NCBI GenBank assembly: GCA_964016885.1
Contig: OZ024760.1
Location: 32,240,001-32,304,000 of the forward strand
Direction of reading: 5' to 3'
DNA: 64,000 nt
Source of the DNA: Eledone cirrhosa
Lineage: Eukaryota
The position numbers were made by a program, and so were the translations under genes. This document shows positions 40,792 to 53,599 of this stretch, one piece after another (position 1 is the stretch's first letter; each line of letters begins with the position of its first letter). Under the pieces are notes generated by a model. The model was not told where the DNA came from. It saw only the letters and a list, made by a program, of their open reading frames with translations, and did no database searches.

Positions 40792-42565
40792 ACTCTTTTA
40801 CTCTTTTACCTGTTTCAGCCATCCGGCTGAGGCCATGCTGGGGCACCGCCCTTGTTGCTACACATTTTATCTCCAGCCTGTATAGGTTGGCCACTGGTGT
40901 AGGAGGGAGTTTGGGGCTGCTGCCCTTAGGTTTCCCTCGTGTCTTGCTGTGGGCTCATCCGGGATCCTGGATAACAAGGTGTCGAGATGTTTCTTAAAGA
41001 CATCCATCTCCACGTCATGCAAGTCTCGCAGATGCCTCGGCAGCTTGTTGAAGAGTTGAGGGCCCTTGAACCCCAGGCTATTGCAATACCTGCTCCTTAT
41101 TCTAGATGTGGAAGACGGGACCTTTGGCACCACACAGTGACGTCCTGTTCGACGGTTGGTCCAGCTCCCAATGCCAAAGTTTGGTGCTAGTCCCTCCAGG
41201 ATTTTCCACATGTAGATCACTGCGTATCTCTCCCGTCTTCGCTCCAAGGAGTAGAGGTTCAGTTCCTTTAGCCTCTCCCAGTAGCTTGTCTCCCTCATCT
41301 TGGCAATCCTCTTGGTGTAGCTTCGCTGGATTGCCTCAAGCTCCGTGGTTAGTTTGACACTATGGGGTGACCACAGCTGGGAGCAGTAGTCCAGGCGGCT
41401 TAGGACAAAAGTCCTCCACAGTGTCAACATGGTGTCTCGATCTCTTGTAAGGAAAGTCCTCAAGATCCAGCCAGCGAATCGTCTACATGTTGTCGCCACC
41501 TTCATGATGTGTGAAGAAAAAGATGCATCATCGCTCATGTCTATGCCCAGGTCTCGTATCGATTTTGACACGGGGATATCGGTCCCTCCTGGTCCTGTGT
41601 AGCTGTGTTCCGCTATGTTTGTGTTTGCAGGTTTGTATTGTAGGGCTTGGAATTTGCCAGCATTAAACTGCATGTTGTTTTGTTTTCTTCCGCCCATCTG
41701 TATATGGCATCCAGATCCTGCTGTAAGAGGGCAGCGTCAGCCGGGTTTTTGATTGCCTGTGCTACCTTAGTGTCATCAGCATAGCTAGTGAGGGATGTTG
41801 TTGCATGCACCACAGAGGGCATGTCCGAGAGAGCCACCAAAAACAGTAGTGGTCCCAGGACTGTCCCCTGGGGCACCCCACTTGTTATCGGTGTCTCCCT
41901 CGAGAGGGCCCCATTTGCTGCGACTGCCTGGCTTCTGTCCCTTAGGAAGCCATGCAGCCACTCACCTACTTTTCCAGTTATGACGAGTCCGTGTAGTTTG
42001 TGACATATCATTCCGTGGTTGACCTTGTCAAAGGCCTTCGCAAAGTCAAGATATATCACGTCTACATGTGAGCTGTCTAGTAGTTGTCTCAGTACCCAGT
42101 CGTAGTGATGTAGCAGCTGTGTAAGGCAGCTTCTTCCTGGGCGGAAGCCATGTTGCGTGCTAGTCAGGCGGTCATTTTCTTCGAGGAAAGTGATTAGTTT
42201 CTTTCTGACGACTCGCTCCATGACCTTACTGATATGCGACGTCAGGGAGATTGGCTTATAGTTCTTGGCCTCCGCTCTACTACCTCCTTTATGGATAGGG
42301 CATATTGTGCCTTCTTTCAGCTCCCTGGGTAGTACACCGCGAGCCAAGGAGCTTCTGAAGAGCATCTTCAGTGGAGTTGCTAAGGCCCGCTTACATATTT
42401 TTAGGAGAACTGCTGGGAATCCATCAGGTCCAGCAGCCGAGTCTGTTCTAATTTCATCAATGGCGTACACCACATCCTCCTCCGTTATGTCTATGTGGTT
42501 GATGGTTGCCATTTCTTGATGTAGTGTTGTGGCATCAAAGAACTCCTCTGGCTTCGTTATTTGCA
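40792..42565 (-). mobile_element. CR1-type LINE, 5'-truncated, one frameshift (~41690)
   Basis: NYKPISLTS, QHGFRPGRSC, YLDFAKAFDKV, SGVPQGTVLGPLLF, YADDTK, YSLERRRERY; 3' UTR GGTGCCCCAGCATGGCC...GAAACAGGTAAAAGAGTAAAAGAG. Confidence 0.88.
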
Positions 42566-42956
42566 TGTATATATTTATGTATATATTTATGTATATATAT
42601 TTGTATATATATATATATATTTGTATATATATATATTTATGTATATATATATATATTTATGTATATATATATATATATTTATGTATATATATATATTTAT
42701 GTATATATATATATTTATGTATATATATATATTTATGTATATATATATATTTATGTATATATATATATTTATGTATATATATATATTTATGTATATATAT
42801 ATTTATGTATATATATATGTATATATATATTTATGTATATATATATGTATATATATATTTATGTATATATATATGTATATATATATTTATATATATATGT
42901 ATATATATATGTATATATATATATTTATGTATATATATATGTATATATATATATAT

Positions 42957-43428
42957 ATAAAAACAAATAACGAAACGAAATTAAATTTCGTTTCGTTTGT
43001 AACTCACTTTTGTATGACTGACGCTTAAACAATTAAGTTAAAAATGTACATCCACATATGTATACTGAAATACTAGTATGCATATGATTACACACACGTA
43101 TACATATGTAGATGTACCGAGTTTTTCACTGGTCACTTTACTGTGAGTGTCCAGCTATTCTGTATGTAAACACACAGACAAACCGGTTTTTAGAGTCATA
43201 CTGGTTTTTTAGGAAACACCTTTCCTCTATTCTCCAGAAAGCCAGACAAGGAATATTGAACTAGTTTCGTTATTTGTTTTTATCGTCTCCGTTGAACCGG
43301 TACGTACTCACGCTCTATGCAAATTAGTCTGCCCACTACTAATTTTCAGAGAAAAAGCATATAACGATGTGCTTTTACGATTCTCTAGAGAGGCCGGAAG
43401 ATAGGTAAATATTGCTGATGAGATGTAT
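42957..43428 (-). mobile_element. Small Penelope-type insertion with internal inversion and split hammerhead motif
   Basis: AATATTG-CTGATGAG on plus (43408-43422) and C-GAAACTAGTT-CAATATT on minus (43252-43269); 20-bp inverted repeat at 42957-42976 and 43264-43283. Confidence 0.5.
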
Positions 43429-45668
43429 CTTGGGTCTCCCCACTCCGCGGTTTCCATCAACTTCTAGTGCTCTGCACCTTTTTATGCAGCTGTCATCCTT
43501 CATACGCATCACATGTCCATACCAGCGTAACCGCCTCTCCTGGACGCAGCATTTGATTCCTCTTATGCTCAGTCTCTCTCTCAATTCCTTTATGCTTTGT
43601 CGTTCACGTATATTACTGTTACACATCCATCGGAGCATGCAGGCTTCGTTTCTCTCTAATCTACGTAAGTCTTCCACCTTCAGCGCCCAGGTCTCACTAC
43701 CATGCAACATCGCTGTTCGGATACACGCATCATACAGTCTGCCTTTCATTCTGAGGGAGAAGCCTTTTGCAGCTAGCAGTGGTAGTAGTTCCCTAAACTT
43801 CTTCCATCCCGTTCTTACCCTAGTTATTGTACTTTCTGAGCACCCACCTCCGTTGCTAATTCGGTCACCTAGGTAGCAGAAGCTGTCTACTGTTTCTACA
43901 GGGCCTTCCCAGAGATTGGTGGTACTTGTTTCCTGTGGCTGTTTGCTTGCTGTTTCAGCACAGCTGCTGCATGTGAATCCTACATTCTTAATTAAGCTTC
44001 CTGAGATCCCGCTACATCTCTTGTGTACCCATTGTTTGCATTTGGGGCAGAGAATGGAGTTCCTACCTACACCTTTCCTACATACTGAGCAAGGCCATTT
44101 CCCTGAGGGGATCTGGGTTCTGTTTTCTCGTCTACTTACAAGGACCTTAGTCTTTGTCATGTTGACTTTGAGGCCCTTTCTCTCTAGTCCCTACTTCCAG
44201 GTTTTGAATTTATTCTCTAGTTCTACCATAGATTCAGCTATGAGTGCGAGGTCATCAGCATACAGGAGTTCCCATGGGCATCCGGTCTTAAACTCCTCCG
44301 TTATTGCCTGCAGGACTATGATGAACAGGAGAGGGCTAAGAACAGAGCCCTGGTGGACCCCAACCTGTACGCTAAATTCCTCGCTATACTCATTGCTAAT
44401 CCTAATTTTGCTGACTGCTCCCCTATACATGGCTTGTACCGCTTTCACAAGCCATTCATCTACTCCTAGTTTTCTAAGAGCCCACCTGATTACTGCACGT
44501 GGAACTCTGTCAAAGGCTTTCTCAAGGTCGACAAATGCCAAGTAGAGTGGCTTACTTTTAGCTAGGTACTTTTCCTGTAATTGCCTCACAAGGAAGAGGG
44601 CATCAGTGGTGCCTTTCCCTGGTACAAACCCAAATTGCATCTCGTCTATATTCACCCGGTCCCTAATCAGCTGTGCTATAACTCTTTCTGTTACTTTCAT
44701 GACCTGGTCCATCAACTTTATACCTCTATAGTTTCCTCTATCTAGTGCATCGTCTTTACCTTTGTAGCAGTTGACAATGATGCTACTGCACCAATCTTTT
44801 GGTATGGCCCCTTCTAGTATTACCTGGTTAACGATACGTGTGGTTATAGTGTGACCTACAGACCCAGATGCCTTCAGCATCTCGGCAGCTATACCCGATG
44901 GACCGGTTGCCTTCCCTATCTTCATATCTCTGATTGCCTTACTTACTACGCTGCCGCTGACTTGTACTGCTGGTCCCTCTATAGGGTCTACGTGGGGTAG
45001 GGTCTCTTCTTCCCATTCATTCTCCTCATTTAGTAATCTATCATAATGACTCTTCCATGCATCTTTCTTCTCAGCACTTGTGAGGGCAAGCTCACCTTTA
45101 TCATTCCGGATACACTTCTCTCCAATGACATCACAACTATCTCTGACACACTGCCTCGCAATCTTGAATACCTCCTGTTTCTGGTCCTCACGTTGTAAAA
45201 CATGCTTGAATTTTCTATCCTCTGCTTCCCTCCTAGCTAAGTATACTTGTCGCCTAGCTTCCCTCTTGGTCTCTATGTAATGTACCCTGCTCCCCCCGTT
45301 CTTCCATTCTTTCCATGCCTGTCTCTTGGCCTTGACTGCTTCATCTACCTTATTGTTCCACCACCAAGTCACTCTCCTCCTGCTTGAGGTCTTACTCCAG
45401 CCACAAACCTCATCCGTCGCCTCTAGTAAGTTATTTTTTAGGAACTCCCAGTTCTCTTCTACGTTAAATGTCTGTATCTGTTCTTCTTTACTGTCGTAGG
45501 CGTTGAGTAAAATATCTTTAAATCTGTTACTGGTTGAGGGGACTTTCAGCTTCCAGATCTTTCTTCTCCAGGTTGGCCTCTGTTTCCAGGTTCGTCTAGT
45601 TCTAACCGTGAGGTCGCTGACAACTAAGCTATGTTGGGATGTACATTCCTCACTAGGGAAGGCTTTTG
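43428..45668 (-). mobile_element. RTE family A, diverged subfamily, truncated at both ends
   Basis: ORFs 44191-45372 and 43375-44160 separated by a stop; YADD and PHD-like insert present; ends abruptly at GRPK. Confidence 0.92.
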
Positions 45669-45722
45669 TGTATATATTTAGATATATATATTTATGTATA
45701 TATATATATATATATATTTATG

Positions 45723-45753
<31 letters not shown>

Positions 45754-45758
45754 TTATG

Positions 45759-45789
<31 letters not shown>

Positions 45790-45867
45790 TTATGTATATA
45801 TATATTTATGTATATATATATTTATGCATATATGTATATTTATGTATATATATATATATTTTATATT

Positions 45868-45902
<35 letters not shown>

Positions 45903-45903
45903 G

Positions 45904-45934
<31 letters not shown>

Positions 45935-46704
45935 GTATATGTATATATATATATGTATATATATGTATATTTATGTATATATATTTATGTATATATATTT
46001 ATGTATATATATTTATGTATATTTATATTTATGTACATATATATGTATATATATTTATGTATATTTATATTTATGTACATATATATATATATATATTTAT
46101 GTATATATATATTTATGTATATATATATTTATGTATATATATGTATATTTATGTATATTTATGTATATGTATATTTATATATATATATATTTATGTATAT
46201 ATATATTTATGTATATGTATATTTATATATATATATATTTATGTATATATATATTTATGTATATGTATATTTATGTATATGTATATTTATGTATATATAT
46301 ATTTATGTATATGTATATTTATGTATATATATATTTATCTATATATATATTTATGTATATGTATATTTATGTATATGTATATTTATGTATATATATATGT
46401 ATGTATATTTATGTATATGTATATTTATGTATATATATATGTATGTATATTTATGTATATATATATTTATGTATATATATATATATGTATATTTATGTGT
46501 ATATATATATGTATATTTATGTATATATTTATGTATATATGTATATATATGTATATTTATATATGTATATTTATGTATATATTTATGTGTATATATATAT
46601 ATATTATATATATATATTTATGTGTATATATGTATATATATATTTATGTGTGTATATATATATATATATATGTGTATATATATTTATGTGTATATATATA
46701 TATA

Positions 46705-46739
<35 letters not shown>

Positions 46740-47093
46740 CTATGTGTATATATATATATATCTATGTGTATATATATATATATCTATGTGTATATATATA
46801 TATATATATATATTTATGTATATATATATATGTGTATATATATATATATATATATTTATGTATATATATATATGTGTATATATATATATGTGTATATATA
46901 TATATGTGTGTATATATATATATGTATATATATATATGTATATATATATGTGTATATATATATGTGTGTATATATATATATGTATATATATATATGTGTA
47001 TATATATATATGTGTATATATATATGTGTGTATATATATATATGTATATATATATATATGTGTATATGTATATATATATATGTATATATATAT

Positions 47094-47175
<82 letters not shown>

Positions 47176-47210
47176 GTATATGTATATATATATATATATA
47201 TATATTTATG

Positions 47211-47279
<69 letters not shown>

Positions 47280-47310
47280 GTATATGTATATATATATATA
47301 TATATATATT

Positions 47311-47345
<35 letters not shown>

Positions 47346-47410
47346 GTATATGTATATATATATATATATATATTTATGTATATGTATATATATATATATA
47401 TATATTTATG

Positions 47411-47441
<31 letters not shown>

Positions 47442-47444
47442 ATT

Positions 47445-47507
<63 letters not shown>

Positions 47508-47536
47508 GTATATGTATATGTATATATATATATATT

Positions 47537-47569
<33 letters not shown>

Positions 47570-47590
47570 GTATATGTATATATATATATT

Positions 47591-47623
<33 letters not shown>

Positions 47624-47624
47624 G

Positions 47625-47659
<35 letters not shown>

Positions 47660-47717
47660 GTATATATATATATATATATATATTTATGTATATGTATATA
47701 TATATTTATGTATATAT
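45668..47717. repeat. (TA)n/TTTATG/TG satellite
   Basis: Directly visible. Confidence 0.97.
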
Positions 47718-48006
47718 ATCATCATTTCATCATCATTTCATTTTTACGTCCGCTTTTTCCCTGCTTGCAAGGGTGGGACGCGAACTGATGCTGGCTTCAT
47801 TTCTACAGCTGGATGCCCTTCCTAACACCAACCTCATTTACAGTGAGTGCTGGGTGCTTTTTTGCCGTGACACCTCCACGACCACTTTGCAGTGGTATGA
47901 TATGGATCCCAGTCCCTATCACCTCATTTCTACAGCTGAGTAAACTGGAGCAATGTGAAATAAAGTGTCTTGCTCAAGGAAACAACACATCACCCAGTCT
48001 GAGAAT
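47718..48006 (-). mobile_element. SINE with RTE-A-like tail, head truncated
   Basis: Matches 8386-8745. Confidence 0.82.
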
Positions 48007-48023
48007 ATATATTTATATTTATG

Positions 48024-48073
<50 letters not shown>

Positions 48074-48117
48074 GATTTATGTATATATATATATATATTT
48101 ATGTATATATATATATT

Positions 48118-48173
<56 letters not shown>

Positions 48174-48203
48174 TATTTAGATTTATGTATATATATATAT
48201 ATA

Positions 48204-49395
48204 TTCAAAAAACGAGACGATCACCTGATCACCTATAGATCGGGGGAACACACAAGCCAGGTAGATTATATCCTTGCCAGGAGATGTGACAGAGTGACTG
48301 TTGTAAACACTAAATCTCTTCCCCATGAAGAATGCACGTCTCAACATAGACTCATAATCAGCGACCTCAGAGTCAGGACCTCAGAGACGTATTCGACAAC
48401 AGAAGAGGACTATCCTCAGGAGAAAAATATGGAAATTAAAGGACCCCACAGCCAGTCATAAATTTAAAAGCATATTACTCGATGCTTTTGAGAGTAAGGA
48501 AGAGCAATTAGTCGTACAATATAGAGGAACAGTGGGAATTCCTGAAAGCCAACCTGCTGAAGGCGACAGATGAAACATGTGGCTGGAGCAGGCCTATAGG
48601 CAGGAGGAGAGTAACATGGTGGTGGAACAGTAAGGTGGAGGAGTCAATTAAGGCCAAAAAGCAGGCATGGAAAGTATGGCGGGATGGGGGAAGTAGAGAA
48701 GACTATCAAGTGGCCAGGAGGGAAGCTAGGAGACAAGTGTACTTCGCAAGAAGGGAAGCAGAGGAAAGAAAGTTCAAGTATGTTCTACAACGCGAGGACC
48801 AAAAACGTGAGGTGTTCAGGATTGCTAGGCAATGTGTCAAGGAAAACCGTGATGTTGTCGGGGAGAAGTGTGTACTTAATGATGATGGCGTACTTGCCAT
48901 CACTGACGCTGATAAGAAGGTAGCTTGGAAGTGTCACTACGAAAGGCTACTAAATGAGGAGAATAAATGGGATAACGACAGTCTCCCCCACATCGACCCA
49001 ATAGAGGGACCAGCAGTGCAAGTTGAAGGTAGTATAATAAGTAAGGCGATCAAAGACATGAAGACGGGCAAGGCGGACGGTAGCCACGGAGTAGGCAGAC
49101 CCAGAAAAACCTGGGACGCCCCTTTCAATGTAAAGTTATGTTGGTGCCACAACATCCAGGCCGAGACAAATGAGATCGTGTAGGTGTCACGACAAAAAAA
49201 CACAGTCCACGCTGTAATGTGGCCGTGTAGGCAACACGGTAAAAACCTCCCAGTCCCACACTGTAAATGTGGTTGGTGTTAGGAAGGGCATCCAGCTATA
49301 GAAAACCCGCCAGACAGTCCTATGCGAGCAAGGCAACCACTCTTGCCTCAAGTGGGAAAACTCCCGTCCAAACCCATGCAAGTGTGGAACATGGG
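48204..49395 (+). mobile_element. RTE family A deletion derivative (RT core deleted)
   Basis: Starts in the APE C-terminus ([11 protein letters not shown]), jumps KTGKA|DGSHGVGRPRKTWD, jumps again into the 3' UTR; no GAT tail. Confidence 0.88.
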
Positions 49396-52300
49396 GGTTT
49401 TCTACAGCTGGATGCTCTTCCTAACACCAACCACATTTACAGTGTGGGGCTGGGAGGTTTTTACCGTGTTGCCTACACGGCCACATTACAGCGTGGACTG
49501 TCTGGCGGGTTTTCTACAGCTGGATGCCCTTCCTAACACCAACCACATTTACAGTGTGGGGCTGGGAGGTTTTTACCGTGTTGCCTACACGACCACATTA
49601 CAGCGTGGACTGTGTCTACACGATCTCATTTGTTTCGGCCTGGATATTGTGGCACCAACATAACTTTACATTGAAGGGGTGGGGGGTGGGGGGTGTATTT
49701 TGTTAGAGATGCCTACTGGCTGTAGTAGGTTTTACTTTGTATTTAGGTAAGGCGGGTCTTCTCTATTACTGAGTACCGCCAAAGGTCTCGGTCCAGTGAC
49801 ATTGTCTTGGAGAGGTGTAAGTGTGTGAGGTCAGAATTTATCAGCTCGTCCCAGGTTTTTCTGGGTCTGCCTACTCCGTAGCTACCGTCTATCTTTATTG
49901 CCCTGCACTTTGTTATACAGCTGTCGTCTTTCATGCGCATCACGTGACCATACCAATGTAACCTTCTCTCGAGTAAACAACATCTGATTCCTCTTATTTC
50001 TAATTTTTTCCTTAGTTCGCTTATGCTTTGCCGTTCACGTATGTTACTATTACACATCCAGCGGAGCATGCAAGCTTCGTTCCTCTCTAGTCTGCATATA
50101 TCTTCTGCACACAATGCCCAGGTCTCACTGCCATGCAACATTGCTGTTCGTATGCAGGCATCATACAACCTGCCTTTCATTCTTAGGAAGAACCCTTTAG
50201 CGGCTAATAGTGGTATAAGCTCTCTGAACTTTTTCCAACCAGTTCTGACTCTAGCTACTGTACTTTCAGAGCACCCTCCCCCACTGCTGATTTTGTCGCC
50301 CAGGTAACGGAAGCTGTCCACTATTTCTATAGAACCCTCTGCGCAATTGAAAGAGCTAGTATTTTGTGGGCACTTGCTGCTACTTATTGCACCAGAGCAC
50401 CGCCCACATGTAAAATCTATGTTCTTAGTTAGCTTGCCTGTGATCCCACTACATCTTTTATGCACCCATACTTTGCATTCGGGACATAAAATGGAGTTTC
50501 TACCTACGCCTTTCCTACACACTGAGCATGGCCATTTCCCGGAAGGGACCGGCGCCTTATTTTCTTTCCTACAAACTAGAACTTTAGTCTTAGCCAGGTT
50601 AATTTTAAGGCCTTTTGATTCTAGGCCGTGCTTCCATGTTTGGAATTTCTTCTCTAGCTCGGCCATTGATTCAGCTATGAGCGTTAGATCATCTGCGTAT
50701 AGGAGTTCCCATGGGCAGCCGGTCTTGAACTCCTCTGTTGTAGCCTGAAGGGCAATAATAAATAGGAGGGGGCTAAGAACAGAGCCCTGATGGACACCAA
50801 CTTTTACGCTAAACTCTTCACTATATTCGTTGTTAATTCTAACCTTGCTGACTGTTTCTTTATACATGGCTTGTATAGCTCTGACAAGCCATTCGTCAAC
50901 ACCTAGTTTTCTAAGAGCCCACCAGATAATGGAACGGGGGACTCTGTCGAAGGCTTTCTCCAGGTCAACAAAAGCTAAGTATAGGGGTTTACTTTTAGCT
51001 AGGTACTTCTCCTGTAGTTGTTGTACAATGAAAAGAGCGTCTGTGGTACTTTTGCCTGACACAAACCCGAACTGCATTTCATCTAGATCAATTCTCTCTC
51101 TGATTAGTTGCGCTATTACTTTTTCCGTGACCTTCATGACTTGGTCGATTAATTTAATGCCTCTATAGTTACACCTATCTAGGGCATCTCCTTTACCCTT
51201 GTAACAGTTAATGATGATGCTGCTACGCCACTCCTTCGAAACAAGCCCATTCTGTATGACTTGGTTTACTATCCGGGAGACCATGGTGTGTCCCACCGTT
51301 CCAGAGGCTTTCAGCATCTCAGCAACTATTTCCGAAGGCCCAGCCGCCTTACCCGCCTTCATATCTTTGATTGCCTTACTTATTATACTACCTTCGACCA
51401 ACACTGCTGGTCCCTCTATTGGGTCGATGTGGGGGAGACTGTCTTTCTCCCATTTATTCTCCTCATTTAGAAGCCTTTCGTAGTGACTCTTCCAGGCTAC
51501 CTTCTTATCGGCGTCAGTGATGGCAAGTACGCCTTCATCATTAAGTACACACTTCTCCCCGACAATATCATGGTTTTCCTTGACACATTGCCTAGCAATT
51601 CTTAACACCTCACGTTTTTGGTCCTCGCGTTGTAGAACATGCTTGAACTTTCTTTCCTCTGCTTCCCTTCTTGCGAAGTACACTTGTCTCCTAGCTTCCC
51701 TCCTGGCCACTTGATAGTCTTCTCTACTTCCCCCATCCCGCCATACTTTCCATGCCTGCTTTTTGGCCTTAATTGACTCCTCCACCTTACTGTTCCACCA
51801 CCATGTTACTCTCCTCCTACCTACAGGCCTGCTCCAGCAACAGACTTCGTCTGCCGCCGTAAGCAGGTTTGCTTTCAGGAATTCCCACTGTTCCTCTATA
51901 TTATACGACTCTAATTGCTCTTCCTTACTGTCGAAAGCATCAAGTAATATGCTTTGAAATTTATTTCTGGCTGTGGGGTCCTTTAGCTTCCATATTTTTC
52001 TCCTGAGGATAGTCCTCTTCTGCTGTCTAGTACGTCTCGTACTGACTATGAGGTCGCTAATTATCAGTCTATGTTGGGAGGTGCATTCTTCATGGGGGAG
52101 GGATTTAGTGTTAACAACAGACATTCTGTCACGTCTTCTGGTAAGGATATAATCTACCTGGCTTGTGTGTTCCCCCGATCTATAGGTGATCAAGTGATTG
52201 TCTCGTTTTTTGAAGTTAGTGTTACAGATAGTTAGGTTATTTGCGTCACAGAATTCCAGGATTCTGGAGCCTTCCTCATTTCTAGTACCGAACCCATAGC

Positions 52301-53540
52301 CTCCATGGATTCCGTCATAGCCGTCACAATGTTGTCCATCGTGACCGTTTAGGTCGCCTGCAATAATTATATAGTCACTGTCGGTTATTTGGGAGGTAGC
52401 GAGCATCAGTGTCTCATAGAATCTGTCTTTTATAGCGCCGGGCAGTCCGGATTGGGGTGCGTACGCAGATATTACTGTCACCGTAGTTCTATTGAGGACA
52501 AGTCTTATTTTCATTATTCTGTCGTTCACTCTATTTACGTCTGTTATCTTATCTGCCCACTTTTCTGCTACCATGAATCCTACTCCACCCAGCCCATTGT
52601 CATTTCCCACCCAGAAAAGCTTATAGCATCGTTCTTTACCCACGATGAATCTAGCAGACCCTCCCCTCCACCTGGTCTCTTGAATACAACAAACATTGAC
52701 CTCCTTACGTTCAAGCATTTCTACTACCTCGTTAGAGCGACCCTTTAAGGTGCCTACATTCGTGGTACCAACTCTGAAGTTTTGGATTGCGTTTGGAGGG
52801 TGGGGAGCGGGGGGGGGGGATAGCGGAGTTGAGGTTATGTTAGCCATCCGTGGCCGAAACAAGGGGGAGTGCTTGCATTCTCGTCCACGAGGTGAATTTG
52901 TCTTTATCTTTGGCATTGTCGCTGAGCGTCCAGATTTTTCTCTTCAACTCTCCAGAATTCCGTAGTCCATCCATCATATCAGAAGGCAACCAGGTAAGTG
53001 ATAGTATAGGCCTCTGACTTATGATTGGTCCACATAATAATAATGGTGGTGCGTGGGGGCGGGGGGGGGGGGGGGTCAGGGATGTTGGGTAGTTAGCGAG
53101 AAGGTAAGGTTAAAAATAAGATCCCCGTATTTTGGGCATAATTTAACAAGCACAAGATTTGTTTTGGAAAATACGATAGAGAATGGTGAATGAATGGAAC
53201 TAACGGGTTAAAAATGGAGAGGGAATGGAGAAAATATTTGTCTACGTTACATTATACCAATGAAACAGCCATACCGGAATAGGGATGTAGCGATTCTGAT
53301 TTTTCGTATTTGGTAGGGTTTATCTTATATGTATAGAGAGAGAGAGGGGGGGGGGTGACCTCGAAATCAGCATGATGTATGGGTTAGGGAGAAGATAGGA
53401 TGAGGCAGCGAAGAGTTTAAATAAAGCACTCGAGATTTGGCGTAAGAACTTAGCCAACATAAAATATATTTAAACGAATATATAAGAAGGATTTGTTATA
53501 AGATCCCCGTATTTTGGGCATAATTTAACAAGCACAAGAT
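49396..53540 (-). mobile_element. Near full-length RTE family A LINE
   Basis: ~620-bp putative 5' UTR, intact ORF, 3' UTR with a ~110-bp tandem duplication and the tail missing. Confidence 0.9.
49743..52916 (-). CDS. RTE ORF: APE endonuclease + reverse transcriptase with embedded PHD finger (1057 aa, uninterrupted)
   Basis: APE motifs TTNVGTL, IQETRW, SAYAPQ, GDLNGH, QVDYIL; RT motifs DLEKAFD, QGSVLSP, YADD; C4HC3 at 50397-50528; GRPRKTW tail motif. Confidence 0.95.
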   Translation of the reverse strand: MPKIKTNSPRGRECKHSPLFRPRMANITSTPLSPPPAPHPPNAIQNFRVGTTNVGTLKGRSNEVVEMLERKEVNVCCIQETRWRGGSARFIVGKERCYKLFWVGNDNGLGGVGFMVAEKWADKITDVNRVNDRIMKIRLVLNRTTVTVISAYAPQSGLPGAIKDRFYETLMLATSQITDSDYIIIAGDLNGHDGQHCDGYDGIHGGYGFGTRNEEGSRILEFCDANNLTICNTNFKKRDNHLITYRSGEHTSQVDYILTRRRDRMSVVNTKSLPHEECTSQHRLIISDLIVSTRRTRQQKRTILRRKIWKLKDPTARNKFQSILLDAFDSKEEQLESYNIEEQWEFLKANLLTAADEVCCWSRPVGRRRVTWWWNSKVEESIKAKKQAWKVWRDGGSREDYQVARREARRQVYFARREAEERKFKHVLQREDQKREVLRIARQCVKENHDIVGEKCVLNDEGVLAITDADKKVAWKSHYERLLNEENKWEKDSLPHIDPIEGPAVLVEGSIISKAIKDMKAGKAAGPSEIVAEMLKASGTVGHTMVSRIVNQVIQNGLVSKEWRSSIIINCYKGKGDALDRCNYRGIKLIDQVMKVTEKVIAQLIRERIDLDEMQFGFVSGKSTTDALFIVQQLQEKYLAKSKPLYLAFVDLEKAFDRVPRSIIWWALRKLGVDEWLVRAIQAMYKETVSKVRINNEYSEEFSVKVGVHQGSVLSPLLFIIALQATTEEFKTGCPWELLYADDLTLIAESMAELEKKFQTWKHGLESKGLKINLAKTKVLVCRKENKAPVPSGKWPCSVCRKGVGRNSILCPECKVWVHKRCSGITGKLTKNIDFTCGRCSGAISSSKCPQNTSSFNCAEGSIEIVDSFRYLGDKISSGGGCSESTVARVRTGWKKFRELIPLLAAKGFFLRMKGRLYDACIRTAMLHGSETWALCAEDICRLERNEACMLRWMCNSNIRERQSISELRKKLEIRGIRCCLLERRLHWYGHVMRMKDDSCITKCRAIKIDGSYGVGRPRKTWDELINSDLTHLHLSKTMSLDRDLWRYSVIEKTRLT

Positions 53541-53547
53541 ATATATT

Positions 53548-53578
<31 letters not shown>

Positions 53579-53599
53579 ATGTATATTTATATATATATA

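Noticed and set aside
38386-40997. Very long YIYI/IYLC ORFs (also 6867-7764, 8780-9731, 42506-43028, 45503-47943, 58843-59491)
   Set aside because: Stop-free translations of (TA)n satellites, open in all three frames; not proteins
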